Part shown: in pieces, positions 23,692-34,890 of the stretch
Numbering within the stretch: the first letter of the stretch is position 1
How the letters are laid out: every line of letters begins with the position of its first letter
NCBI RefSeq assembly: GCF_963921235.1
Contig: NC_086097.1
Location: forward strand, 208,322,001 to 208,386,000
Reading direction: 5' to 3'
DNA length: 64,000 nt
DNA from: Mobula hypostoma
Lineage: Eukaryota
Program-made: the position numbers and the translations under genes
Notes under the pieces: model-generated
Told to the model about the DNA's origin: nothing
The model's input: only the letters and a program-made list of their open reading frames with translations
Databases searched by the model: none

Positions 23692-26604
23692 GCGCCTCTT
23701 CCTATAGATGCTGCTTGGCCTGCTGCGGTCACCAGCAACTTTGATGTGTGTTGCTTGAATTTCCAGCATCTGCAGAATTCCTGTTGTTTGCGTTTAAATT
23801 CCTTAAGTTATATTCAGATGCTTCACAAATCTCCTCTAGAGGGCTCTGGAGGAGATCTAATATATAAAGACTCTCAGCGACAGTAAACATGGACTTACAG
23901 TATGAATATTCTATGGGTATCTATAAGCATTTGTTCATTATTGACTGCAAAATTTGGATCATAACATTTAATATGTAGTAGTGTTATTTGTTATATTCCT
24001 AATGGTTTCAATTGCAAAAGAACCACAAGATAGTTTGCAAGCTTAAGGTTTCAGGTTGTTTATTCTTAGTAGCTTAGTAGGAGTGAATGCAAGCACCGTA
24101 TAAAATATAACCAACCTATCTCTATATGGTGTGAAAGCTTTAATCACAATATATTTAATTCTTCAGTTACTGCTGCAAAAAAAAGTCTGTGGTAATATGG
24201 TGTAGATGATTAGCCTTCAAAATCTAATTTTCAAGCTTTATCAAAATACTTAATGTGTCTTCTGCTACATTTACATCAATGATCTATATTGAATTCTTGT
24301 GCATTTCCCTGTCCCATGTGTATAATACTTCTCACCTTCTTATGCCTACAGTCACCATGACTCCTAATTCTACTCCCAGTCACAATGTTACTACTACAGT
24401 AATTTTCTGTGCATCACTGCTGCCTATCAGAATTCTCGTTTTGACTCCCATTATTGTGGTGGAGTTTTCAACATCATTAAATATGTCCATACACTTTCTG
24501 CTCACCTACTTCTCCAATTTAATTTCTATCACAATCCTATTCCTGAAAAATAATCCTATTTTTTCATTCAATTTTTCTTTCTTTCTTGTTGCAGGTTTAG
24601 AGCAGAGGTATGCCAGGCAGGATAGTGGAATGCTCCTCTTGCGGAATGTGGGAAGGCAGGGAGACCTCCATTGTCCCTGACGTCTACCCCTGCAAGAAGT
24701 GCATCCAGCCACAGCTTCTTTCAGACCATGTTAAGGAACTGGAGCTGGACCTGGATGAACTCGAATCATTCAGGAGGCTGAAGGTTAATTAACAGGACAT
24801 ACAGGGAGGTAGCTACTGTACATGTAAGGTGCAGGGCACATGTTAACTAGGTGACTGTCAGGAGGAGGAAAGGGGATGGGCAGCCAGTGCAGAGTATCCC
24901 TGTGGCCATGGCCGTTCACCTCAACATCAGGTATACCATTTTGGATACTATTTTGGGGGGGTGGGTGAGGTGATGAGCTAGAAGAAGAAAGCTCTATTTG
25001 ATCAGTTCTCTGGCCATGCACGATAGTGAAATGCTCCTCTTGCACAATGTGAGAAGGGACCGAGTCTGTGACTCAAATGGGGACAAGGGAGAAGAGGAGT
25101 GCAATATTGATAGGGGATTCCATGGTTAGAGAAGCAGACAGGAGATTCTGTGGATGTGAAAGAGTCTCCTAGGTGCCAGGGTCAGGAGTGTCTCAGATCA
25201 GGCCCACGGCATTCTAAATGGGGAGAGTGAGCGGCTGGAAGTTGCAGTACATATTGGTAAACAAAACAAGGAGGTGAAAAGGGAGGAGGTCCTAAAGAGA
25301 GAATATAGGGAGTTAGGTAGAAAGCTAAAAAGCAAGACATCTACGGTAATAATCTCTGGATTACTACCTGTGCCATATGCCAGTGAGAGTATGAATAGGA
25401 TGATTTGGCAGATGAATACTGTATGTGTTTGAAGATTTAGTACAGGGGCATTGTTTCAGATTTCTGGGATCGCTTATGGGGAAGGTATGACCTGTACTAA
25501 AAGACGGGTTACTCATTGAATCTGATAGGAACCAATATCCTTGCAGGGTGGTTTGCTAGAGTTGTTGGGGAGAGTTTAAACTAATTTGGAGAGAAGGATG
25601 GAGCAGTTGCCATACAAGTAGGTGCAGCGTGTAGTGGGACTGTGAGGAAGAACAGGCAGATGATAAGGCAAAGTAGCAGTCAGTGGGTTGAGTTGAAGTA
25701 TAACACAGGGACAGAATCAAAAAGGGTGCTGAATACAGGATGGAAGGTGTTATATTTGAATGCACATAGTATACGGAATAAGGTAGATTATCTTGTAGTG
25801 CAGTTAGAGACTGGCAGGTATGCAGCTGTGTGCATCACTGAATTGTGGCTGAAAAAAGATCATTGTTGGGAGCTTAACATCCAAGGATACACACAAGGAC
25901 AGACAAGTAGGCAGAGAGGGTGAGGTAGGTCTGTTGGTGAAAACAAAACAAAATCATATCCTCAGAAAGAGGTGACATAGAATTGGAAGAAGGAGAATTC
26001 TTGTGGGTAGATTTAAGAAACTGCAAGGGTAAAAAGACATGATGGTAGTTATATACAGGCTGCCAAACAACGGCCAGGATGTGGGGTACAAATTAAAATG
26101 GGTGATAGGAAAGGTATTGCATGTAAAAAGGGCAATGTTGCAATAATGATAGGGGATTTCAATATGCAGGTACACTGGGAAAATCCTAAGGAAAAGGCCA
26201 GTGGAAAGCGGCCAGTGCGTGAGTGGGCCATTGAAGGAGTAGAGCTTTGAGGCTTTGACTCGAGAGATTCTGGCAGTTTTGGCAGTTGGTCTGTGCAATC
26301 TAGTCAATCAAGATTTGAATAGATCAGCAGGAAGCCGTTGATTAGACAATCAAGATTTGAATTGCTCAGACTCAGCAGAAAGCAGCTGATTGGGCAGTCG
26401 AGGTCAGGTGACCAAACATTTTGAAATGCTCAAACAGATAAATAGAGGGATAGCTCAAGCGAAGCGGCCAGTGCGTGAGTGGGCCAGTGAAGGAGTGGAG
26501 CTTTGAGGCTTTGACTCGAGAGGCTTCGATGAGAAGAGGCGGAGGACAAGCTAGCTCGCAGTTAGTTTTTACAATGTCTCCTGAGACAGTGATGTGCCTT
26601 TCAT

Positions 26605-29600
26605 AGAAACATAGAAACATAGAAAATAGGTGCAGGAGTAGGCCATTCGGCCCTTCGAGCCTGCACCGCCATTTATTATGATCATGGCTGATCATCCAAC
26701 TCAGAACCCAGCCTTCCCTCCATACCCCCTGACCCCTGTAGCCACAAGGGCCATATCTAACTTCCTTTTAAACATAGCTAATGAACTGGCCTCAACAGTT
26801 TGCTGTGGCAGAGAATTCCACAGATTCACCACTCTCTGTGTGAAGAAGTTTTTCCTAACCTCGGTCCTAAAAGGCTTCCCCTCTATCCTCAAACTGTGAC
26901 CCCTCGTTCTAGACCTCCCCAACATCGGGAACAATCTTCCTGCATCTAGCCTGTCCAATCCCTTTAGGATCTTATACGTTTCAATCAGATCCCCCCTCAA
27001 TCTTCTAAATTCCAACGAGTACAAGCCCAGTTCATCCAGTCTTTCTTCATATGAAAGACCTGCCATCCCAGGAATCAATCTGGTGAACCTTCTTTGTACT
27101 CCCTCTATGGCAAAGATGTCTTTCCTCAGATTAGGGGACCAAAACTGCACACAATACTCCAGGTGTGGTCTCACCAAGGCCTTGTACAACTGCAGTAGTA
27201 CCTCCCTGCTCCTGTACTCGAATCCTCTCGCTATAAATGCCAGCATACCATTCGCCTTTTTCACCGCCTGCTGTACCTGCATGCCCACTTTCAATGACTG
27301 GTGTATAATGACACCCAGGTCTCGTTGCACCTCCCCTTCTCCTAATCGGCCACCATTCAGATAATAATCTGTTTTCCTATTTTTGCCACCAAAGTGGATA
27401 ACTTCACATTTATCCACATTAAATTGCATCTGCCATGAGTTTGCCCACTCACCCAACCTATCCAAGTCACCCTGCATCCTCTTAGCATCCTCCTCACTGC
27501 TAACACTGCCACCCAGCTTTGTGTCATCCGCAAACTTGGAGATGCTGCATTTAATTCCCTCATCCAAGTCATTAATATATATTGTAAACAACTGGGGTCC
27601 CAGCACTGAGCCTTGCGGTACCCCACTAGTCACCGCCTGCCATTCTGAAAAGGTCCCGTTTATTCCCACTCTTTGCTTCCTGTCTGCTAACCAATTCTCC
27701 ACCCACACCAATACCTTACCCCCAATACCGTGTGCTTTAAGTTTGCACACTAATCTCCTATGTGGGACCTTGTCAAAAGCCTTTTGAAAATCCAAATATA
27801 CCACATCCACTGGTTCTCCCCTATCCACTCTACTAGTTACATCCTCAAAAAATTCTATGAGATTCGTCAGACATGATTTTCCTTTCACAAATCCATGCTG
27901 ACTTTGTCCGATCATTTCACCGCTTTCCAAATGTGCTGTTATCACATCCTTGATAACTGACTCCAGCAGTTTCCCCACCACCGACGTTAGGCTAACCGGC
28001 CTATAATTCCCCGGTTTCTCTCTCCCTCCTTTTTTAAAAAGTGGGGTTACATTAGCCACCCTCCAATCCTCAGGAACTAGTCCAGAATCTAACGAGTTTT
28101 GAAAAATTATCACTAATGCATCCACTATTTCTTGGGCCACTTCCTTAAGCACTCTGGGATGCAGACCATCTGGCCCTGGGGATTTATCTGCCTTCAATCC
28201 CTTCAATTTACCTAACACCACTTCCCTACTAACATGTATTTCGCTCAGTTCCTCCATCTCACTGGACCCTCTGTCCCTTACTATTTCTGGAAGATTATTT
28301 ATGTCCTCCTTAGTGAAGACAGAACCAAAGTAATTATTCAATTGGTCTGCCATGTCCTTGCTCCCCATAATCAATTCACCTGTTTCTGTTTGCAGGGGAC
28401 CTACATTTGTCTTTATCAGTCTTTTCCTTTTTACATATCTATAAAAGCTTTTACAGTCCGTTTTTATGTTCTCTGCCAGTTTTCTCTCATAATCTTTTTT
28501 CCCCTTCCTAATTAAGCCCTTTGTCCTCCTCTGCTGAACTCTGAATTTCTCCCAGTCCTCAGGTGAGCCACTTTCTCTGGCTAATTTGTATGCTACTTCT
28601 TTGGAATTGATACTATCCCTAATTTCTCTTGTCAGCCACGGGTGCACTACCTTCCTTGATTTATTCTTTTGCCAAACTGGGATGAACAATTGTTGTAGTT
28701 CATCCATGCAACCTTTAAATGCCTGCCATTGCATATCCACCGTCAATCCTTGAAGTGTCATTTGCCAGTCTATCTTAGCTAATTCATGTCTCATACCTTC
28801 AAAGTTACCCCTCTTTAAGTTCAGAACCTTTGTTTCTGAATTAACTACGTCACTCTCCATGTTAATGAAGAATTCCACCATATTATGGTCACTCTTACCC
28901 AAGGGGCCTCTCACGACAAGATCGCTAATTAACCCTTCCTCATTGCTCAAAACCCAGTCCAGAATAGCCTGCTCTCTAGTCGGTTCCTCGACATGTTGGT
29001 TCAAAAAACCATCCCGCATACATTCCAAGAAATCCTCTTCCTCAGCACCTTTACCAATTTGGTTCACCCAGTCTACATGTAGATTGAAGTCACCCATTAT
29101 AACTGCTGTTCCTTTATTGCACACATTTCTAATTTCCTGTTTAATACCATCTCCGACCTCACTACTACTGTTAGGTGGCCTGTACACAACTCCCACCAGC
29201 GTCTTCTGCCCCTTAGTGTTACGCAGCTCTACCCATATCGATTCCACATCTTCCCGGCTTATGTCCTTCCTTTCTATTGCGTTAATCTCTTTTTTAACCA
29301 GCAACGCCACCCCACCTCCCCTTCCTTCGTGTCTATCCCTCCTGAATATTGAATATCCCTGAACGTTGAGCTCCCATCCCTGGTCACCCTGGAGCCATGT
29401 CTCTGTGATCCCAACTATATCATAATCATTAATAACAACCTGCACTTTCAATTCATCCACCTTATTACGAATGCTCCTTGCATTGACACATAAAGCCTTC
29501 AGGCGCTCTTTTACAACTCTCTTAGCCCTTTTTAATGCTTGCCCTGGATTTGTCGGCCTGCCACTTTTACTTTTCCCCTTTGTACTTTTTGCTTCTACGC

Positions 29601-29941
29601 TCACTTTACACCCCTCTGTCTCTCTGCACTGGTTCCCATCCCTCTGTTGTGAACTAACCTCCTCACACCTAGCCGCTTTAATTTGATTCCCACCCCCCAA
29701 CCATTCTAGTTTAAAGTCACCTCAGTAGCCCTCGCTAATCTCCCTGCCAGGATATTGGTCCCCCTAGGATTTAAGTGTAACCCGTCCTTTTTGTACAGGT
29801 CACACCTGCGCCAAAAGAGGTCCCAATGATCCAAAAACTTGAATCCCTGCCCCCTGCTCCAATCCCTCAGCCACGCATTTATCCTCCACCTCGTCGCATT
29901 CCTACTCTCACTGTCGCGTGGCACAGGCAGTAATCCCGAGA
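26605..29941 (-). mobile_element. CR1 LINE 'C', young, 5'-truncated inside ORF1
   Basis: (TTTCTATG)n tail at about 26605-26626; intact ORF2; ORF1 SGNH-esterase C-terminus (..KDGLHLN..TLN*) at 29706-29941; TSD tttcat at 26599-26604 and 29942-29947. Confidence 0.95.
26701..29700 (-). CDS. CR1 LINE ORF2, uninterrupted 999 codons: APE endonuclease + reverse transcriptase
   Basis: Endonuclease motifs VNARS, TETW, YRPP, GDFN, SDH; RT motifs [28 protein letters not shown]. The annotated start is TTG, not ATG; the first in-frame ATG is codon 202. Confidence 0.95.
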   Translation of the reverse strand: MGGGNQIKAARCEEVSSQQRDGNQCRETEGCKVSVEAKSTKGKSKSGRPTNPGQALKRAKRVVKERLKALCVNARSIRNKVDELKVQVVINDYDIVGITETWLQGDQGWELNVQGYSIFRRDRHEGRGGGVALLVKKEINAIERKDISREDVESIWVELRNTKGQKTLVGVVYRPPNSSSEVGDGIKQEIRNVCNKGTAVIMGDFNLHVDWVNQIGKGAEEEDFLECMRDGFLNQHVEEPTREQAILDWVLSNEEGLISDLVVRGPLGKSDHNMVEFFINMESDVVNSETKVLNLKRGNFEGMRHELAKIDWQMTLQGLTVDMQWQAFKGCMDELQQLFIPVWQKNKSRKVVHPWLTREIRDSINSKEVAYKLARESGSPEDWEKFRVQQRRTKGLIRKGKKDYERKLAENIKTDCKSFYRYVKRKRLIKTNVGPLQTETGELIMGSKDMADQLNNYFGSVFTKEDINNLPEIVRDRGSSEMEELSEIHVSREVVLGKLKGLKADKSPGPDGLHPRVLKEVAQEIVDALVIIFQNSLDSGLVPEDWRVANVTPLFKKGGREKPGNYRPVSLTSVVGKLLESVIKDVITAHLESGEMIGQSQHGFVKGKSCLTNLIEFFEDVTSRVDRGEPVDVVYLDFQKAFDKVPHRRLVCKLKAHGIGGKVLVWVENWLADRKQRVGINGTFSEWQAVTSGVPQGSVLGPQLFTIYINDLDEGIKCSISKFADDTKLGGSVSSEEDAKRMQGDLDRLGEWANSWQMQFNVDKCEVIHFGGKNRKTDYYLNGGRLGEGEVQRDLGVIIHQSLKVGMQVQQAVKKANGMLAFIARGFEYRSREVLLQLYKALVRPHLEYCVQFWSPNLRKDIFAIEGVQRRFTRLIPGMAGLSYEERLDELGLYSLEFRRLRGDLIETYKILKGLDRLDAGRLFPMLGRSRTRGHSLRIEGKPFRTEVRKNFFTQRVVNLWNSLPQQTVEASSLAMFKRKLDMALVATGVRGYGGKAGF

Positions 29942-32900
29942 TTTCATGTGAGATGTGGCAGCCTTGGGGGAACTCCCCTCTCCTGCAGAGTCACATCTGC
30001 CAGAAGTGCATACGGCTGGGCGATCTGGAAGACCGTGTAAGGAATCTGGAGCAGCAGCTGGATGATCTTCCACTCATAAGGGAGAATGAGGCAGTCATAG
30101 ATGAGGGCTACAGGGAGGTAGTCACACCTAGGCTGTCGGAAGCAGGTCATTGGGTGACAGTCAGAAGGGGGAAAGCGAAGGTGAGCAGCAGGTAGTGCAG
30201 AGCACCCCTGTAGCCATTCCCCCGAATAATAAGTTTACCGTTCTGGATACTGCTGGCGGGGACGGCCGACCAGGTGTGAGCCACGGTGGCAGGGCCTCCG
30301 GCACTGAGTCTGACCCTGTGGTGCAGAAGGGTGGGACGGAGAAGAGGAGAGCTGTCGTCATTGGAGACTCTATAGTCAGGGGAGCAGACAGGAGATTTTG
30401 TGGATGTGAGAAGGACACCCGCATGGTTTGTTAACTCCCGGGTGCACGACATCCTGGTACAAGAGGGAAAGCAACCAGAAGTCGTGATACATGTTGGGAC
30501 CAACGACATAGGCAGGAAGAGGGATGAGGTCCTGAAGTGTGAGTTTCCGGAACTAGGCAGAAGGCTGAAGAACAGGACCTCAAGGGTGGCGTTCTCAGGA
30601 TTACTGCCAGTGCTACGTGACAGTGATGGTAAGAATTGGAGGAGATGGCAGTTGAATGCGTGGCTGAGGAGTTGGTGCAGAGGGCAGAGTTTCAGATTTT
30701 TGGATCATTGGGATCTCTTCTGGGGAAGGTGAGATCTGTACAGATTGGATGGGTTGCACCTGAACTCGAGGGGGAGCAATATCCTTGCAGGTAGGTTTGC
30801 TAGCATGGTTCGGCAGGGTTTAAACTAATTTGCGAGGGGGATGGGACCCGGAGCGATAGAGCAGTGAAAGAAGTGCATGGAGTAAAGCCAGATCTAACAT
30901 GCAGAGAGGCTTTGAGGAAAGAGAAGCAGAATAAATTGTGTAAAGACAGTAAGGTAGAAGGGCTGAAATGTGTGTACCTCAATGCAGGAAGCATCAGGAA
31001 CAAAGGTGATGAACTGAGAGCTTGGATACATAAATGGAATTATGATGTAGTGGCCATCACAGAGACTTGGCTGGCACCAGGGCAGGAATGGATTCTCAAT
31101 ATTCTTGGATTTCAGTGCTTTAAAAGGGATAGAGAGGGCGGAAAAAGGGGAGGAGGGGTAGCATTACTGGTCAGGGATACTATTACAGATACAGAAAGGG
31201 TGGGTAATGTAGCAGGATCCTCTTTTGAGTCAGTATGGGTGGAGGTCAGGAACAGGAGAGGAGCAGTTACTCTATTGGGGGTATTCTATAGGCCCCCTGG
31301 TAGCCGCAGAGATACAGAGGAGCAGATTGGGAGGCAGATTTTGGAAAGGTGCAAAAATAACAGGGTTGTCATCATGGGTGACTTTAACTTCCCTAATATT
31401 GATTGACACCTGATTAGTTCCAAGGGTTTGATGGGGCAGAGTTTGTTAAGTGTGTCCAGGACGGATTCCTGTCACAGTATGTGGACAGGCCGACCAGGGG
31501 GAATGCCATACTAGATATAGTACTAGGTAATGAACCAGGTCAGGTCACAGATCTCTCAGTGGGTGAGCATCTGGGGGACAGTGACCACCGCTCCCTGGCC
31601 TTTAGCATTATCACTGAAAAGGATAGAATCAGAGAGGACAGGAAAATTTTTAATTGGGGAAAGGCAAATTATGAGGCTATAAGGCTAGAACTTGCGGGTG
31701 TGAATTGGGATGATGTTTTTGCAGGGAAATGTACTATGGACATGTGGTCGATGTTTAGAGATTTCTTGCAGGATGTTAGGGATAAATTTGTCCCGGTGAG
31801 GAAGATAAAGAATGGTAGGGTGAAGGAACCATGAGTGACAAGTGAGGTGGAAAATCTAGTCAGGTGGAAGAAGGCAGCATACATGAGGTTTAGGAAGCAA
31901 GGATCAGATGGGTCTATTGAGGAATATAGGGAAGCAAGAAAGGAGCTTAAGAAGGGGCTGAGAAGAGCAAAAGGGGGCAAGAGAAGGCCTTGGCGAATAG
32001 GGTAAAGGAAAACCCCAGGCATTCTTCAATTATGTGAAGAAAAAAAGGATGAAAGGAGTGAAGGTAGGACCGATTGGAGATAAAGGTGGGAAGATGTGCC
32101 TGGAGGCTGTGGAAGTGAGCGAGGTCCTCAACGAATACTTCTCTTCGGTATTCACCAATGAGAAGGAACTTGTTAATGGTGAGGACAATATGAATGAGGT
32201 TGATGTTCTGGAGCATGTTGATATTAAGGGAGAGGAGATGTTGGAGTTGTTAAAATACATTAGGACTGATAAGTCCCCGGGGCCTGATGGAATATTCCCC
32301 AGGCTGCTCCACGAGGCGAGAGATGAGATTGCTGAGCCTCTGGCTAGGACCTTTATGTCTTCGTTGTCCACGGGAATGGTACCGGAGGATTGAAGGGAGG
32401 CGAATGTTGTCCCCTTGTTCAAAAAAGGTAGTAGGGATAGTCCGGGTAATTATAGACCAGTGAGCCTTGCGTCTGTGGTGGGAAAGCTGTTGGAAAAGAT
32501 TCTTAGAGATAGGATCTATAGGCATTTAGAGAATCATGGTCTGATCAGGGACAGTCAGCATGGCTTTGTGAAGGGCAGATCATGTCTAACAAGCCTGATA
32601 GAGTTTTTTGAGGAGGTGACCCGGCATATAGATGAGGGTAGTGCAGTGGATGTGATCTATATGGATTTTAGTAAGGCATTTGACAAGGTTCCACATGGTA
32701 GGCTTATTCAGAAAGTTAGAAGGCATGGGATCCAGGGAAGTTTGGCCGGGTGGATTCAGAATTGGCTTGCCTGCAGAAGGCAGAGGGTGGTGGTGGAGGG
32801 AGTACATTCAGATTGGAAGATTGTGACTAGTGGTGTCCCACAAGGATCTGTTCTGGGACCTCTGCTTTTCGTGATTTTTATTAATGACCTGGATGTGGGG

Positions 32901-34800
32901 GTAGGAGGGTGGGTTGGCAAGTTTGCAGATGACACAAAGGTTGGGGGTGTTGTAGATAGTGTAGAGGATTGTGAAAGATTGCAGAGAGACATTGATAGGA
33001 TGCAGAAGTGAGCTGAGAAGCGGCAGATGGAGTTCAACCCGGAGAAGTGTGAGGTGGTACACTTTGGAAGGACAAACTCCAAGGCAGAGTACAAAGGAGT
33101 ACAAGGCACTACCAGGATACTTGGTAGTGTGGAGGAGCAGAGGGATCTCGGGGTACATGTCCACAGATCCCTGGAAGTTGCCTCACAGGTGGATAAGGTA
33201 GTTAAGAAAGCTTATGGGGTGTTAGCTTTCATAAGTGGAGGGATAGAGTTTAAGAGTTGCGATGTAATGATGCAGCTCTATAAAACTCTGGTTAGGCCAC
33301 ACCTGGAGTACTGTGTCCAGTTCTGGTCACCTCACTATAGGAAGGATGTGGAAGCATTGGAAAGGGTACAGAGGAGATTTACCAGGATGCTGCCTGGTTT
33401 AGAAAGTATGCATTATGATCAGAGATTAAGGGAGCTAGGGCTTTACTCTCTGGGGAGAAGGAGGATGAGAGGAGACATGATAGAGGTGTACAAGATAATA
33501 AGAGGAATAGATAGAGTGGATAGCCAGCGCCTCTTCCCCAGGGCACCACTGCTCAATACAAGAGGACATGGCTTTAAGGTAAGGGGTGGGAAGTTCAAGA
33601 GGGATATTAGAGGAAGGTTTTTTACTCAGAGAGTGGTTGGTGCGTGGAATGCACTGCCTGAGTCAGTGGTGGAGGCAGATACACTAGTGAAGTTTAAGAG
33701 ACTACTAGACAGGTATATGGAGGAATTTAAGGTGGGGGCTTATATGGGATGTAGGGTTTGAGGGTCGGCACAACATTGTGGGCTGAAGGGCCTGTACTGT
33801 GCTGTACTATTCTATGTTCTATGTTTAAATCAGCTTGGTGCCGCATTCCAAGAGATGGAATTTGTAGAATGTTTATGAGATGCCTTTTTAGAGCACCTTG
33901 TTATTGAGCCCACTAGGGGTAAAGCAATTCTGGATTGGGTGTTGTGTAATGAACCAGATTTGATTTGGGTGCTTAAGATAACGCCTCCTTAGGAGGCAGT
34001 GATCATAATATGATAGAATTCACCCTGCTGTTTGAGAGCGAGAAGATAAAGTCAGATCAGTATTGCACTGGAGTAAAGGGCATTACATAGGCATGAGAGA
34101 GGAGCTGGGCCAGGTTTATTGGAAGGGTACACAAGCAATGATGAGGGCAGAACAGCGATGGCCTGAGTTTATGGGGGCAACTTGGAATGCGCAGGATAGA
34201 TACAATACATCCCAAAGATGAAGAAGTATGCTGAAGAGAGGATAATGCAACGGTGGCTGACAAGGGAAGTCAAAGACACCATAAAAGCAAAAAAGAAAGG
34301 GCATATAATAGAGCAAAATTTAGAGGGAAATTAGACAATTGCGAAGGTTTCAAGAACCCGTAGAAGGCAGCTAAAAAAGCCATAGGGAGTGAAAGGATGA
34401 AACAAGAAGGTAAGCTAACCAATAATGTAAGAGAATACCAAAAGACTTTTTCAGATATATTAGAGATAGAAGAGTTGGGAGTGGATATTGGACCACTGGA
34501 AAATGACACAGGAGAGGTAGTAATGTGGGTCAAAGAAATGGCAGACAAACTTAAAAGCATTCTGCATCATTCTTCACTGTGAAAGACATTAGCAATACGC
34601 CAGATACTAGAGAGTGTCAGCAGGCAGAAATGAGTGCAATTGAAATTACTAAGAAGGTGTTTGGGAAGCTGAAAGGTCTGAAGATAGGTAAGTCACTTAG
34701 GTCAGATGGACTGTACCCCAGGATTCTGAAAGAGGTAGCTGAAAAGATTATGGAGGCATTAAAGTGATCTTTCAAGAATCACTGGTTTCTGGAATGCTTC

Positions 34801-34890
34801 CAGAGGACTGGAAAACTGCAAATGTCACTCCACTGTTTAAGAAGACAGAGGACTGGAAAACTGCAAATGTCACTCCACAGTTTAAGAAGA
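34801..34890 (+). repeat. 45-bp tandem duplication inside CR1 'A'
   Basis: cagaggactggaaaactgcaaatgtcactccacWgtttaagaaga at 34801-34845 and 34846-34890, 1 mismatch. Confidence 0.9.

Larger units (their letters stand above)
23502..23796. mobile_element. Penelope-like palindromic terminal-repeat insertion
   Basis: 124-bp inverted arms at 23502-23625 and 23631-23754 (2 mismatches, 5-nt loop); 15-bp TSD aattccttaagttat at 23487-23501 and 23797-23811. Confidence 0.92.
26186..33826 (+). mobile_element. CR1 LINE 'B', apparently full length (5'UTR, ORF1, ORF2 with stops/frameshifts), interrupted by CR1 'C'
   Basis: 5'UTR with a 61-nt duplicated unit. ORF1 ATG at 26574 (MSPETVMCLS|CEMWQ..HICQKC zinc finger; GDS / VGTND / DGLH esterase). 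ORF2 pieces 30864-33761; (TTCTATG)n tail; TSD aaatc at 26181-26185 and 33827-33831. Confidence 0.92.

Noticed and set aside
23493..23886. Mirror-image ORFs on both strands (81 and 128 aa)
   Set aside because: Artefact of the Penelope palindrome; no coding evidence.
27083..29686. Plus-strand ORFs antisense to CR1 ORF2
   Set aside because: Typical shadow ORFs of LINE coding sequence; similar ones recur on other CR1 copies.
26701..29700. Intact ORF2 as a domesticated host gene
   Set aside because: TSD, intact tail and a near-identical second copy point to recent insertion; no AUG or promoter.
29702..29704. ATG right after the ORF1 stop as an ORF2 reinitiation codon
   Set aside because: Out of frame with ORF2, stops after 8 codons, and is absent at this position in the other three families.
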